From an uncultured Ruminococcus sp. (GTDB taxonomy: Bacteria > Bacillota > Clostridia > Oscillospirales > Ruminococcaceae), in the NCBI GenBank assembly GCA_902797535.1, contig CADBTD010000054.1, forward strand, positions 1-62,850: DNA of 62,850 bases, given 5' to 3'. Of this stretch, positions 10,793-19,846 are shown piece by piece; position 1 is the first letter of the stretch, and each line of letters begins with the position of its first letter. Below the pieces are notes generated by a model. The model was not told the origin of the DNA, made no database searches, and worked only from the letters and a program-made list of their open reading frames with translations. The translations under genes were made by a program, and so were the position numbers.

Positions 10793-13228
10793 ATGAGCAG
10801 ATATGATTATTCATCTATCGAAGCTAAGTGGCAGAAGTACTGGGAGGAACATGAAACTTTCAAGACTGATGTATGGGATTTCAGCAAGCCTAAGTTCTAT
10901 GTACTTGATATGTTTCCGTATCCTTCGGGTGTAGGTCTTCATGCAGGACATCCCGAAGGTTATACCGCAACAGATATAGTTTCACGTATGAAGCGTATGC
11001 AGGGCTATAATGTTCTTCACCCGATGGGATATGACTCTTTCGGACTGCCCGCAGAACAGTATGCGGTAACTACAGGCAATCATCCCAACGGTTTTACTCA
11101 GGAAAACATCAAGACCTTCTCAAAGCAGCTCAAAGAGCTGGGTTTTGACTATGACTGGTCGAAAATGATAGCGACCTCAGACCCTGATTTCTATAAGTGG
11201 ACACAGTGGATATTCAAGCAGCTGTATCTTGACGGCTATGCAAAGTATATAGATATGCCCGTAAACTGGTGTGAAGAGCTGGGTACTGTTCTGTCGAATG
11301 ATGAGGTCATCGACGGTAAATCCGAGCGCGGCGGATATCCTGTTGTTAGAAAGAACATGAAGCAGTGGGTAATAGACCAGCCTGCTTTTGCGGAAAAGCT
11401 TCTTGAGGGACTTGACGAGATAGACTGGCCGGAGTCCACAAAGGCTATGCAGCGCAACTGGATAGGCAAGTCTACCGGTGTAGAAGTAGAATTTGATATA
11501 GTGGGCGGCGGTAAGTTCTCGATATTCACAACCTGTATCGAAACCATTTACGGTATCACCTTCATGGTGCTTGCACCCGACGGCGCAGTTACCGAAAGCC
11601 TTCTTGACAGAGTTGAGAATCTTGAAGAGGTACAGGCTTACATAGACGAAACAAAGAAGAAGAACGATATGGACCGTACCGAGCTCAATAAGACCAAGTC
11701 GGGCTGTGAGCTTAAAGGCGTTACCTGCATAAACCCTGTAAACGGCAAGGAAGTTCGTATGTTTATAGGCGATTTTGTCCTTGCAAGCTACGGCACCGGT
11801 GCGGTCATGGCAGTACCGAGCCACGACCAGCGTGACTTTGAATATGCTGTGGCTCACAATATCGATATGATACAGGTAATTGACGGTGATGAAAAGCTCG
11901 GACACGTTGATGTATCCAAGGCTGCTTTTGAAAAGCACGGCTATCTCGGAAAGGGCTATAAGCTCATCAACTCCGAGGAATTCACGGGACTTACCGTTGA
12001 AGAGGCTAAAGAGGCTATCACAGTCAAACTTGAAAAGATGGGCAGAGCAAAGCGAACTGTAAATTATCATTTCCGTGAGTGGATATTCGCCCGTCAGCGT
12101 TACTGGGGCGAGCCTGTTCCTGTGGTACACACCGAGAACGGAATACACGTTCTTGACGACAGTGAGCTTCCTCTTGTGCTTCCCGAGCTTGACGATTATA
12201 AGGGCAAGAACGGAAAGGCACCTCTTGAAAACGCGACCGAATGGAAGCAGTATGACAAAAACGGCATAAAGGGCGTTCGTGAAACATCTACTATGCCCGG
12301 AAGCGCTGGATCAAGCTGGTACTTCCTGAGATATATCGACCCGCATAACGATAAGGAATTTGCAAATCAGGAGCTTCTTAAGCACTGGATGCCTGTTGAC
12401 CTTTACATAGGCGGCCCCGAACACGCAGTAGGACATCTTATGTACTCTCGTATCTGGAACAGATATCTTTATGATAAGGGCCTTGCACCTACAAAGGAAC
12501 CGTTCAAGAAACTTGTTCATCAGGGAATGATACTCGGCGAGAACGGTATAAAGATGGGTAAGCGTTTCCCGAAGTATGTTGTAAACCCTTCCGATATCAT
12601 CAGGGATTATGGTGCTGATACACTCAGACTTTATGAAATGTTCATGGGTCCTCTTGAGGTATCAAAGCCCTGGAGCCAGAGCGGTGTTGAGGGTGCGAAG
12701 AAGTTCCTCAACCGTGTCTGGAACTTCTTTACTGAAGCTAAGAACATAACAGAGGATAATGACGGTTCACTTGCAAAGGTATATCATCAGACCGTAAAGA
12801 AGGTATCGGACGACTTTGAGCAGCTGGCATTCAATACTGCAATAGCTCAGATGATGATCTTCGTTAATGCTGTATATAAAAATGAAAGCTGCCCAAGGGA
12901 ATATGCTGAGGGTCTTATCAAGATGCTTTCATGTATTGCACCTCATATCGGTGAGGAGATCTGGAGCATTCTTGGTCATGATGATACTATAGCATATGAA
13001 AGCTGGCCGACATATGATGAGGCTCAGCTTGTAGAAGATACTGTGGAGATAGTCTGCCAGGTAAATGGCAAGATCAAGTGCAGACTTGACATTCCAAAGG
13101 CAAGTACAAAGGAAGAGATGCTTGCAATTGCTAAGGGACAGGATGATATTGCTGCTGCAATAGAAGGAAAAACTATAGTTAAAGAAATAGCGGTCCCTGC
13201 TAAACTTGTAAATATTGTAGTTAAGTGA
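10793..13228 (+). CDS. leuS: Leucine--tRNA ligase
   Basis: MFPYPSG-LHAGH, GYDSFGLPAE, YGTGAVMAVPSHDQRD, RQRYWG, GGPEHA, YGADTLR; KMSKS replaced by KMGKR. Confidence 0.97.
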   Translation: MSRYDYSSIEAKWQKYWEEHETFKTDVWDFSKPKFYVLDMFPYPSGVGLHAGHPEGYTATDIVSRMKRMQGYNVLHPMGYDSFGLPAEQYAVTTGNHPNGFTQENIKTFSKQLKELGFDYDWSKMIATSDPDFYKWTQWIFKQLYLDGYAKYIDMPVNWCEELGTVLSNDEVIDGKSERGGYPVVRKNMKQWVIDQPAFAEKLLEGLDEIDWPESTKAMQRNWIGKSTGVEVEFDIVGGGKFSIFTTCIETIYGITFMVLAPDGAVTESLLDRVENLEEVQAYIDETKKKNDMDRTELNKTKSGCELKGVTCINPVNGKEVRMFIGDFVLASYGTGAVMAVPSHDQRDFEYAVAHNIDMIQVIDGDEKLGHVDVSKAAFEKHGYLGKGYKLINSEEFTGLTVEEAKEAITVKLEKMGRAKRTVNYHFREWIFARQRYWGEPVPVVHTENGIHVLDDSELPLVLPELDDYKGKNGKAPLENATEWKQYDKNGIKGVRETSTMPGSAGSSWYFLRYIDPHNDKEFANQELLKHWMPVDLYIGGPEHAVGHLMYSRIWNRYLYDKGLAPTKEPFKKLVHQGMILGENGIKMGKRFPKYVVNPSDIIRDYGADTLRLYEMFMGPLEVSKPWSQSGVEGAKKFLNRVWNFFTEAKNITEDNDGSLAKVYHQTVKKVSDDFEQLAFNTAIAQMMIFVNAVYKNESCPREYAEGLIKMLSCIAPHIGEEIWSILGHDDTIAYESWPTYDEAQLVEDTVEIVCQVNGKIKCRLDIPKASTKEEMLAIAKGQDDIAAAIEGKTIVKEIAVPAKLVNIVVK

Positions 13229-13298
13229 TCTGTACATATCACAAAACGGTTACAGCGAATGCCCATAAATTAAATTTTGAAAAACTTTTAAAAAGCTA

Positions 13299-13327
13299 TT
13301 GACAAATCAAAAGAAATATAGTATAAT
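13299..13327 (+). promoter_or_regulatory. Sigma-A promoter for rpsU
   Basis: TTGACA-N17-TATAAT, exact consensus. Confidence 0.88.
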
Positions 13328-13498
13328 TGATATTGTAGTTATGTTATAGAAGATCGTCAGTGTAAATGGCAGAGATCGAACGAACGAAAAGTTCGTAGGT
13401 CTGCGTGCTATCAGCGCAGTACTCCTTCACTATCACCGTAAGACTGCCGGTCATCATAACTGCTTCTCTGTCAATTGCGGCAAAGGGAGGGAAACATT

Positions 13499-13672
13499 TT
13501 GGCAGAAATTCGCGTAGGAAAGAACGAAAGCTTAGATACCGCTCTCAAGCGCTTCAAAAGAAGCTGCGCAAAGGACGGCGTTATAGCTGAGGTTCGTAAA
13601 AGAGAGCACTACGAAAAGCCTTCGGTAAAGCGCAAGAAGAAATCCGAAGCTGCTCGTAAGCGCAAGTATTGA
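13499..13672 (+). CDS. rpsU: 30S ribosomal protein S21 (TTG start)
   Basis: [20 protein letters not shown]...[23 protein letters not shown]; RBS GGGAGG upstream. Confidence 0.96.
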   Translation: MAEIRVGKNESLDTALKRFKRSCAKDGVIAEVRKREHYEKPSVKRKKKSEAARKRKY

Positions 13673-13684
13673 TTTTTGAGTATG

Positions 13685-13727
13685 AAGGCGGAAGTTTGTA
13701 CGTTGGACAGACATTCCGCCTTTTTTT
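13685..13727 (+). terminator. Intrinsic terminator after rpsU
   Basis: AAGGCGGAA...TTCCGCC stem followed by T7. Confidence 0.8.
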
Positions 13728-13740
13728 CGAGGTGAGCTTG

Positions 13741-13884
13741 ATGCAGTCAAAAAGACGTAGAATGAAATATCGTGATATTAAAACATTCAAGCCTCTTATC
13801 GAACGTGAACTGGAACAACAATCTGTCAAGAAGGTACTGCGTAAATTGAAAAAGCTTATTGAAAACAGCGACAGAATCAAATGA
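13741..13884 (+). CDS. Small basic hypothetical protein (47 aa)
   Basis: RBS GAGGTG before ATG; MQSKRRRMKYRDIKTFKPLIERELEQQSVKKVLRKLKKLIENSDRIK. Confidence 0.5.
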   Translation: MQSKRRRMKYRDIKTFKPLIERELEQQSVKKVLRKLKKLIENSDRIK

Positions 13885-13901
13885 TGTTTTTGGGAGTATA
13901 T

Positions 13902-14396
13902 ATGTTCAAACCGACTTATGTTTTTAATGATGTGACTGAGATATCACCTGATTTTCTGAAAAAGAATCATATAAAAGGTCTTATTCTCGATCTCGATAAT
14001 ACACTTACTACGCATAATAATCCTGTTCCGCCGGAATCAAGTCTTAAATGGCTTGATAAAATGAGATCGGCCGGCATCAGTCTTATGATCGTATCAAATA
14101 ACAATACTGATAGAGTGACACCATTTGCAAAAAAACTGGGTCTTGATTTTGTACCTAATGGTGCCAAACCGCTTCCTGTAGGTTATATCAAGGCAAAAAA
14201 AATAATGGGTCTTAAGACCGCTGAGATCGCCGCAGTCGGAGATCAGATCTTTACCGATGTTCTTGGATGCAGTTTTATGGGGATACGCTCTATATTTGTT
14301 TTTCCAATTGAGCTTGAAACAAGCCTTCCTTTCAGGTTTAAACGAAGCATAGAAAAATTGTTTCTCCCGAAACGTCCGAAGGAGGTCAAACGGTGA
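13902..14396 (+). CDS. yqeG: YqeG-family HAD IIIA phosphatase
   Basis: LDLDNTL, IVSNN, AKP, VGDQIFTDV. Confidence 0.9.
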   Translation: MFKPTYVFNDVTEISPDFLKKNHIKGLILDLDNTLTTHNNPVPPESSLKWLDKMRSAGISLMIVSNNNTDRVTPFAKKLGLDFVPNGAKPLPVGYIKAKKIMGLKTAEIAAVGDQIFTDVLGCSFMGIRSIFVFPIELETSLPFRFKRSIEKLFLPKRPKEVKR

Positions 14397-14398
14397 GT

Positions 14399-14626
14399 AT
14401 GGAAAATAATATTCTTAATCAGTACAAAGGCAGGACCGTCAGTATCGAAAGCAGTGATGGCGATGTCTATATAGGAAAAGTTGTTAATGCTGTAGGCGAC
14501 TGGCTCATATATACCGATAAGGGTGAAGAACACCTTATGAACCTTAGATATGTAGTAAATATCACAGTTCTTGAGGAGTTTGAAGACGAAAAGACCAAGA
14601 GAGGTATTTTTGGCAGAAAGGATTGA
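14399..14626 (+). CDS. Small hypothetical protein, predicted Sm/LSm-like beta fold
   Basis: RBS GGAGG; helix followed by five short beta-strand-like segments. Confidence 0.65.
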   Translation: MENNILNQYKGRTVSIESSDGDVYIGKVVNAVGDWLIYTDKGEEHLMNLRYVVNITVLEEFEDEKTKRGIFGRKD

Positions 14627-14630
14627 TACT

Positions 14631-15494
14631 ATGCCTGCAAGATTTGGTCCGGCCGGAAACAGTGATGCGTTTTCATCAAAGCATAAGTCTACTCTTGACG
14701 CTCCTTCATATCTGAAAGAGTATGGTCTTGATCATTATGAATATCAGTGCGGCAGGGGAGTGCGCGTGAGCGACAAGCTTGCACAGGATCTTAAAGCAAA
14801 CGCCGAGAAAGCCGGCATAACCCTTTCTCTTCACGCTCCGTATTTTATCTCGCTTTCTTCTCTTGAAGAAGAAAAAAGAGATAATTCGATCAATTATATA
14901 CTTCAGTCATGTGATGCTGCTAAACGTATAGGTGCGGACCGAATAGTAATACACAGCGGAAGCTGTGCTAAAATGGCCCGTGAAAAGGCACTTGAGCTTG
15001 CAAAGGATACGTTGATGAGAGCAAGAAGGACAGCGATAGAACAGGGCTTTGAAGATATAATTTTCTGCCCCGAAACTATGGGAAAGGTAAATCAGCTCGG
15101 TGACCTGCACGAGGTAATGGAGCTTTGTCGCCTTGACGACAGTTTTCTGCCATGTATAGATTTTGGTCATTTGAATGCAAGAACATTCGGAGGTATAAAA
15201 GCCAAAGAGGATTTTGAGGCTATTCTTGATGAGATAGGCAATAGGTTAGGCAGTGATAGATTAAAGATCTTCCACAGTCATTTTTCTAAAATAGTATTTA
15301 CTGTTCCCGGCGGTGAAAAACGTCATGTGACTTTTGATGACAATGAAGGTTTCGGACCTGATTTTGAACCTTTGATGGAGCTTGTAGCACAAAAGGGACT
15401 TGAACCGGTATTTATTTCTGAAAGTGCAGGTACTCAGGATAAAGATGCTCTGACTATGAAAAAGTACTATCTGGAACAATGCGGTAAACTATGA
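14631..15494 (+). CDS. Endonuclease IV-like TIM-barrel protein
   Basis: ARFGPAG, SLHAPYFISL, VIHSG, PETMGK, CIDFGH, HSHFS, RH, ISES metal-ligand pattern. Confidence 0.82.
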   Translation: MPARFGPAGNSDAFSSKHKSTLDAPSYLKEYGLDHYEYQCGRGVRVSDKLAQDLKANAEKAGITLSLHAPYFISLSSLEEEKRDNSINYILQSCDAAKRIGADRIVIHSGSCAKMAREKALELAKDTLMRARRTAIEQGFEDIIFCPETMGKVNQLGDLHEVMELCRLDDSFLPCIDFGHLNARTFGGIKAKEDFEAILDEIGNRLGSDRLKIFHSHFSKIVFTVPGGEKRHVTFDDNEGFGPDFEPLMELVAQKGLEPVFISESAGTQDKDALTMKKYYLEQCGKL

Positions 15495-15991
15495 TGCAGT
15501 ATGAGGTCGCACTTGTGCCCGATAAGGAGGGCATGAAAGAACTATTATCGCTTATAATGGGGTCTTATTTTATAAAACATGATGTACGTCCTCATATCGT
15601 TATAGGCGTTTTTGAGACTGATGATGAGAACCGTATCGCAGATTTTTTTGACAGCTTTGCTCCGCTTGTGACACCGATCAAGCTTGTATTTACAGGAATA
15701 TCTTCTTTTGGTTTTAAAGAGATATTTGTTCGTGTAAAACCAACTGAGGATCTGGCTAAACTATTTGAAAAGATATATGATACTTTCAGACTTCATTTTA
15801 TGCCTGCTGATCCTCATTTTGTTCCGGGCGGCTGGCTCCCGCATACAGTCATAGGACGTGAACTTGGCATGGATTTCTTTGACGGATTTATGCTTGTGAA
15901 GCAACTGTTCAGAGAGACTGAATGCAGTTCTGCCGGTCTTCTTCTGTTAAGACGAGAACCTTACGAGGAATTATCATATTATTCATTTTGA
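15491..15991 (+). CDS. 2H phosphoesterase (2'-5' RNA ligase-like) family protein
   Basis: Two spaced His motifs, RPHIVIG and WLPHTVIG. Confidence 0.65.
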   Translation: MMQYEVALVPDKEGMKELLSLIMGSYFIKHDVRPHIVIGVFETDDENRIADFFDSFAPLVTPIKLVFTGISSFGFKEIFVRVKPTEDLAKLFEKIYDTFRLHFMPADPHFVPGGWLPHTVIGRELGMDFFDGFMLVKQLFRETECSSAGLLLLRREPYEELSYYSF

Positions 15992-16008
15992 TCGAAGGAG
16001 GTTATTTT

Positions 16009-16449
16009 ATGAAGATACTTGTTATACATGGCCCGAATCTCAATCTGCTTGGAGAACGTGAGCCGGGATATTACGGAAGTGACAGCTTTGCTTCTGTTAA
16101 TAAAGAAATTATGTCAAAAGCAGAGTCTTTAAATTTTGAGTGTGAGATCTATCAGTCGAACAGCGAAGGTGAATTGATCGATAAGCTGCACTCCTCAAGA
16201 TTGGACTGTGCAGGAGTTGTTATCAATGCGGGTGCATATACACACTACAGCTATGCGATCAGAGATGCTATTGCGGCAATCAAGATCCCCGTTGTTGAAG
16301 TGCATATGTCGAATATACATGCTCGTGATGAATTCAGACATACTTCTGTGATAGCTCCTGTTTGCGTTGGTCAGATCGCCGGATTTGGAAAGAACAGCTA
16401 CCTTCTCGGAATTGAAGCACTTAAGGCTGTTGTGGAGGAGAGATCATGA
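16009..16449 (+). CDS. aroQ: Type II 3-dehydroquinate dehydratase
   Basis: HGPNLNLLGEREP, QSNSEG, INAGAYTHYS, VEVHMSNIHARDEFRH; RBS AAGGAGG. Confidence 0.96.
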   Translation: MKILVIHGPNLNLLGEREPGYYGSDSFASVNKEIMSKAESLNFECEIYQSNSEGELIDKLHSSRLDCAGVVINAGAYTHYSYAIRDAIAAIKIPVVEVHMSNIHARDEFRHTSVIAPVCVGQIAGFGKNSYLLGIEALKAVVEERS

Positions 16450-17519
16450 CACCTATTGAAAAACTCAGAGAAAGAATGGTTGGAAAGATAGAAGCTGCTC
16501 TCATAACATCAGATATAAACAGAAGATATTTTACAGGCATGAGATCCTCTGCAGGAACATTGGTTGTATTTCCTGATTCTGCATATCTTATTATAGACTT
16601 CAGATATATTGAAAAAGCAAGAGCTACTGTTACTGACTGTGATGTTATACTCCAGCAAAGCGGCGGCGGACTTTACAGACAGATCGATGAGCTGTGCGAA
16701 AAGCATGGGGTTGAAACAATATCTGTAGAAGCAGATACAATGACTCTCAAAGATGCTGACCAACTGTCCGAAGAATTGGACATAATGCTTGATATGAGCG
16801 ATTCTCTCTGTGATATAATAGGGAGTTTGCGTCGGGTGAAGACTCGTGGTGAACTTGAAAAAATGATCGCCGCTCAGCGTATTGCTGAAAAAGGTCTTGA
16901 TCATATGTACAGTTTTATAAAAGAAGGTATGACAGAGAAAGAGATCCAGCTTGAGCTTGACTATTATATGCTGTCACATGGTGCTGAGGCACTTTCTTTT
17001 GATACTATAGCTCTTAGCGGTGTCAACACTTCCATGCCGCACGGCGTTCCTTCGGATAAGAAAGTAAAGAAAGGCGAGTTTATTCTCCTTGATTTCGGTG
17101 CTGTCGTAGATGGCTGGCACAGTGATATGACCCGAACTTTCTGTCTTGGTGAGCCTACTGATTTTATGAGACAGGTATATGATATCGTTCTAAAAGCACA
17201 GCTTGCCGGTATTGCAGCGGTAAAAGCGGGCATGAAAGGCTCTGATGTAGATAATATATCCCGCTGCATCATTTCCGAGGCAGGCTATGGAGATCAGTTC
17301 GGACATTCACTCGGTCACGGCGTAGGAATGGAGATCCATGAATCACCTTACGCTTCACCTTCAAGTGATGATATTCTTGAGGCCGGTTCTGTAGTGACTG
17401 TTGAGCCGGGAATATATATCGAAGGCAAATTCGGCATAAGGATCGAGGATTTCGTTATAGTCACCGAAAACGGCTGTGAGAATATGACAGCAGCAGAAAA
17501 ACAGCTCATAATAATATGA
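16446..17519 (+). CDS. Xaa-Pro aminopeptidase (M24B)
   Basis: IDFRY, SMPHG, DFGA, SDMTRT, HSLGHGVG-EIHE, EPGIY, RIED. Confidence 0.93.
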   Translation: MTPIEKLRERMVGKIEAALITSDINRRYFTGMRSSAGTLVVFPDSAYLIIDFRYIEKARATVTDCDVILQQSGGGLYRQIDELCEKHGVETISVEADTMTLKDADQLSEELDIMLDMSDSLCDIIGSLRRVKTRGELEKMIAAQRIAEKGLDHMYSFIKEGMTEKEIQLELDYYMLSHGAEALSFDTIALSGVNTSMPHGVPSDKKVKKGEFILLDFGAVVDGWHSDMTRTFCLGEPTDFMRQVYDIVLKAQLAGIAAVKAGMKGSDVDNISRCIISEAGYGDQFGHSLGHGVGMEIHESPYASPSSDDILEAGSVVTVEPGIYIEGKFGIRIEDFVIVTENGCENMTAAEKQLIII

Positions 17520-17588
17520 AAAACGGTTTCTGCATGACATTATCTTGTAAAAAAAATATTAATACGTAAGAAAAATCTAAAAAAAGAC

Positions 17589-17617
17589 TTGAAAAATGAC
17601 ACAAAATAAGATATAAT
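17589..17617 (+). promoter_or_regulatory. Sigma-A promoter for efp
   Basis: TTGAAA-N17-TATAAT. Confidence 0.75.
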
Positions 17618-17681
17618 AGATTTGTGGAGTGTTCTGACAAGTTAAGATACTCGTTTAAAAAATATCTGGAGGTTACAGAAT

Positions 17682-18239
17682 ATGATAACAGCAGGCGATT
17701 TCAGAAATGGAATGACTTTTGAAGAGGACGGCAACGTAATGCAGATCGTTGAGTTCCAGCACGTTAAGCCCGGAAAAGGTGCTGCTTTCGTTAGAACTAA
17801 GGTAAGAAACGTTATAACCGGTTCAGTAGTTGAAAAGACTTACAACCCCACCGCTAAGTTCCCTACCGCTTTTGTTGAGAGAAAAGATATGGAGTACAGC
17901 TATTCTGATGGTGATCTCTATTACTTCATGGATCCTGAGACATATGATATGGTGCCGATCAATTCCGCTGAGCTTTCCGACAACTTTAAGTTCGTTAAGG
18001 AAAACATGGTTTGTAAGGTACTTTCGTACAAGGGCAAGGTATTTGGTGTTGAGCCTCCTACATTCGTAGAGCTCGAGGTTACCGATACAGAACCCGGCAT
18101 CAAGGGCGATACCGCTACTAATGCTACTAAGCCCGCTACCGTTGAAACAGGTGCAGAGATCAAGGTTCCTCTCTTCATTAATACAGGTGACAAGATAAGG
18201 ATCGACACCCGTACTTGTGAGTACATGGAGCGTGCATAA
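17682..18239 (+). CDS. efp: Elongation factor P
   Basis: [36 protein letters not shown]. Confidence 0.98.
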   Translation: MITAGDFRNGMTFEEDGNVMQIVEFQHVKPGKGAAFVRTKVRNVITGSVVEKTYNPTAKFPTAFVERKDMEYSYSDGDLYYFMDPETYDMVPINSAELSDNFKFVKENMVCKVLSYKGKVFGVEPPTFVELEVTDTEPGIKGDTATNATKPATVETGAEIKVPLFINTGDKIRIDTRTCEYMERA

Positions 18240-18278
18240 TTTTATTTATTGATCATTATACTGAAAGGGGCGGATTAT

Positions 18279-18845
18279 ATGGAGCTTTCTAAAAAAGTAG
18301 GATACATCAAAGGTCTTATGGCAGGTCTTGAGATCAGTGATACAACACCTGAAGGCAAGGTTCTTCATGCTATGAGTGACCTTCTGGAGGAAATGGCTGA
18401 TGAGATAGAGACCAATGCGGAGATAATTGATAATATCAGTCTTTATATCGACGAGATCGAAGCGTATGACGATCTTCTTGATGAACTTGATGAAGATGAA
18501 GAAGACATCGAAAATGAAGATGATCTTGATGATATAGAAGCAGTAGAATATGACCATGATCCGTTTGCAGATCTGTCGGTTGCTGATGTTACCGACGAGA
18601 ATGAACCTGAAGATCAGATAGGTCTTGCAGATCTTTCGGAAGATGATTTCAAAGATGATGAGAAGTCTGAAGATCATGTTTCTCCTATGGAGCAGTCTGA
18701 AAAGGAATCTGAATCTCTCGAAGAGGAGATCTTTGAGTGCGATTGTCCCGAATGCGGAACTTCGATAAGACTTACTACCGAGGATCTGGCAAGAGGTACG
18801 ATATTCTGTCCTAATTGCGCTGCAAAGCTTCAGTTTGAGATATGA
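18279..18845 (+). CDS. Acidic protein with CD1247-like N-terminus and C-terminal zinc ribbon
   Basis: KVGYIKGLMAGL N-terminus, D/E-rich middle, CPECG...CPNC. Confidence 0.78.
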   Translation: MELSKKVGYIKGLMAGLEISDTTPEGKVLHAMSDLLEEMADEIETNAEIIDNISLYIDEIEAYDDLLDELDEDEEDIENEDDLDDIEAVEYDHDPFADLSVADVTDENEPEDQIGLADLSEDDFKDDEKSEDHVSPMEQSEKESESLEEEIFECDCPECGTSIRLTTEDLARGTIFCPNCAAKLQFEI

Positions 18846-18875
18846 TCATTGAGTAAAGAATAAATTAATATCAAT

Positions 18876-18984
18876 TGTTTCAAGGGGTGGTGAAATTCCA
18901 CACCGGCGGTGATAGTCCGCAAACTCAAAAGAGCCGAATCGGTGAAATTCCGATACCGACGGTAAAGTCCGGATGAAAGAAACA
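18876..18984 (+). ncRNA. FMN riboswitch aptamer (RFN element)
   Basis: GGTGAAATTCC-ACCGGCGGT, AGTCCGC, CGGTGAAATTCCG-ACCGACGGT, AGTCCGGATG; P1 TGTTTC/GAAACA; upstream of an ECF S component. Confidence 0.95.
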
Positions 18985-19003
18985 GGCTATGCAGAATAAC
19001 CTC

Positions 19004-19035
19004 GCCCCTGTACATATTTGTATTGGGGCTTTTTT
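19004..19035 (+). terminator. Riboswitch expression-platform terminator
   Basis: GCCCC-TGTAC...GTAT-TGGGGC followed by T6. Confidence 0.8.
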
Positions 19036-19088
19036 GCACAGATGTTTCTTCCTAATTATGATTAGCTAAATTCAGGAGGAAATATATT

Positions 19089-19799
19089 ATGACTACTAAT
19101 CAGACGGCAGGAAAGACTGCATCAAATAAAACTGACATAAAAAAACTTACTGTTCTGGCAATGTTTATAGCCTTAGGATATATTTGTCTTTTCCTTTTCA
19201 GATTCAGAGCATTTGATTTTCTGACACTTGATTTTAAAGATGTGTTTATTACTATGGCAGGATTTGTATATGGTCCTGTTGCCGCTCTCAGTGTTGCTTT
19301 TGTTGAGGCTTTACTTGAACTTATTACCGTTTCAAGTACCGGTTTCTGGGGAGCACTGATGAATTTCGCAGGAAGTGCAATGTTTGCCTGCACTGCTTCG
19401 TTGATATATAAGTACAATAAGAATTTTAAAGGTGCTGTTTTGGGTCTGGTGGCATCCGTCTTCTCAATGACTGCAGTGATGCTTATAATGAATCTGCTTG
19501 TTACACCTATCTACGCTCATACTGATATGAAAACAGTTGCAGGAATGATACCGGGAATACTTTTGCCGTTTAATCTTGTCAAGGGTATTCTTAATGCTGC
19601 TTTCACCTTTATTTTGTATAAACCGATGACTCAAGCGCTGAGAAGCATCCGTGTAATACCTAAAAGTGAGAACAGTTTTGTTATCAATAAGCGTTCTGCG
19701 ATCAGCTTTGCTGTGGCTGCAGCGGTTATAATAGGCTCGGTTGTGGTTCTTCTCACAGTTTTCCACGGACAGTTTGAAGTTGTAAAATCGGCACATTGA
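19089..19799 (+). CDS. ribU: ECF transporter S component, riboflavin (RibU-like)
   Basis: FLTLDFKDV, YGPVAA, ILLPFNLVKG, multiple TM segments; FMN riboswitch upstream. Confidence 0.88.
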   Translation: MTTNQTAGKTASNKTDIKKLTVLAMFIALGYICLFLFRFRAFDFLTLDFKDVFITMAGFVYGPVAALSVAFVEALLELITVSSTGFWGALMNFAGSAMFACTASLIYKYNKNFKGAVLGLVASVFSMTAVMLIMNLLVTPIYAHTDMKTVAGMIPGILLPFNLVKGILNAAFTFILYKPMTQALRSIRVIPKSENSFVINKRSAISFAVAAAVIIGSVVVLLTVFHGQFEVVKSAH

Positions 19800-19801
19800 T
19801 C

Positions 19802-19840
19802 AAAAAGGCATCTGTACGAAATATTGTACAGATGCCTTTT
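19802..19840. terminator. Bidirectional terminator
   Basis: AAAAGGCATCTGTAC...GTACAGATGCCTTTT between convergent genes. Confidence 0.85.
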
Positions 19841-19846
19841 AATGCT

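Noticed and set aside
13436-13460. TAAGACTGCCGGTC resembles part of a twister ribozyme core
   Set aside because: The following conserved loop and pseudoknot partners are missing
13405-13590. ORF-track ORFs overlapping the rpsU leader and rpsU
   Set aside because: No RBS; they overlap a bona fide ribosomal protein gene in another frame
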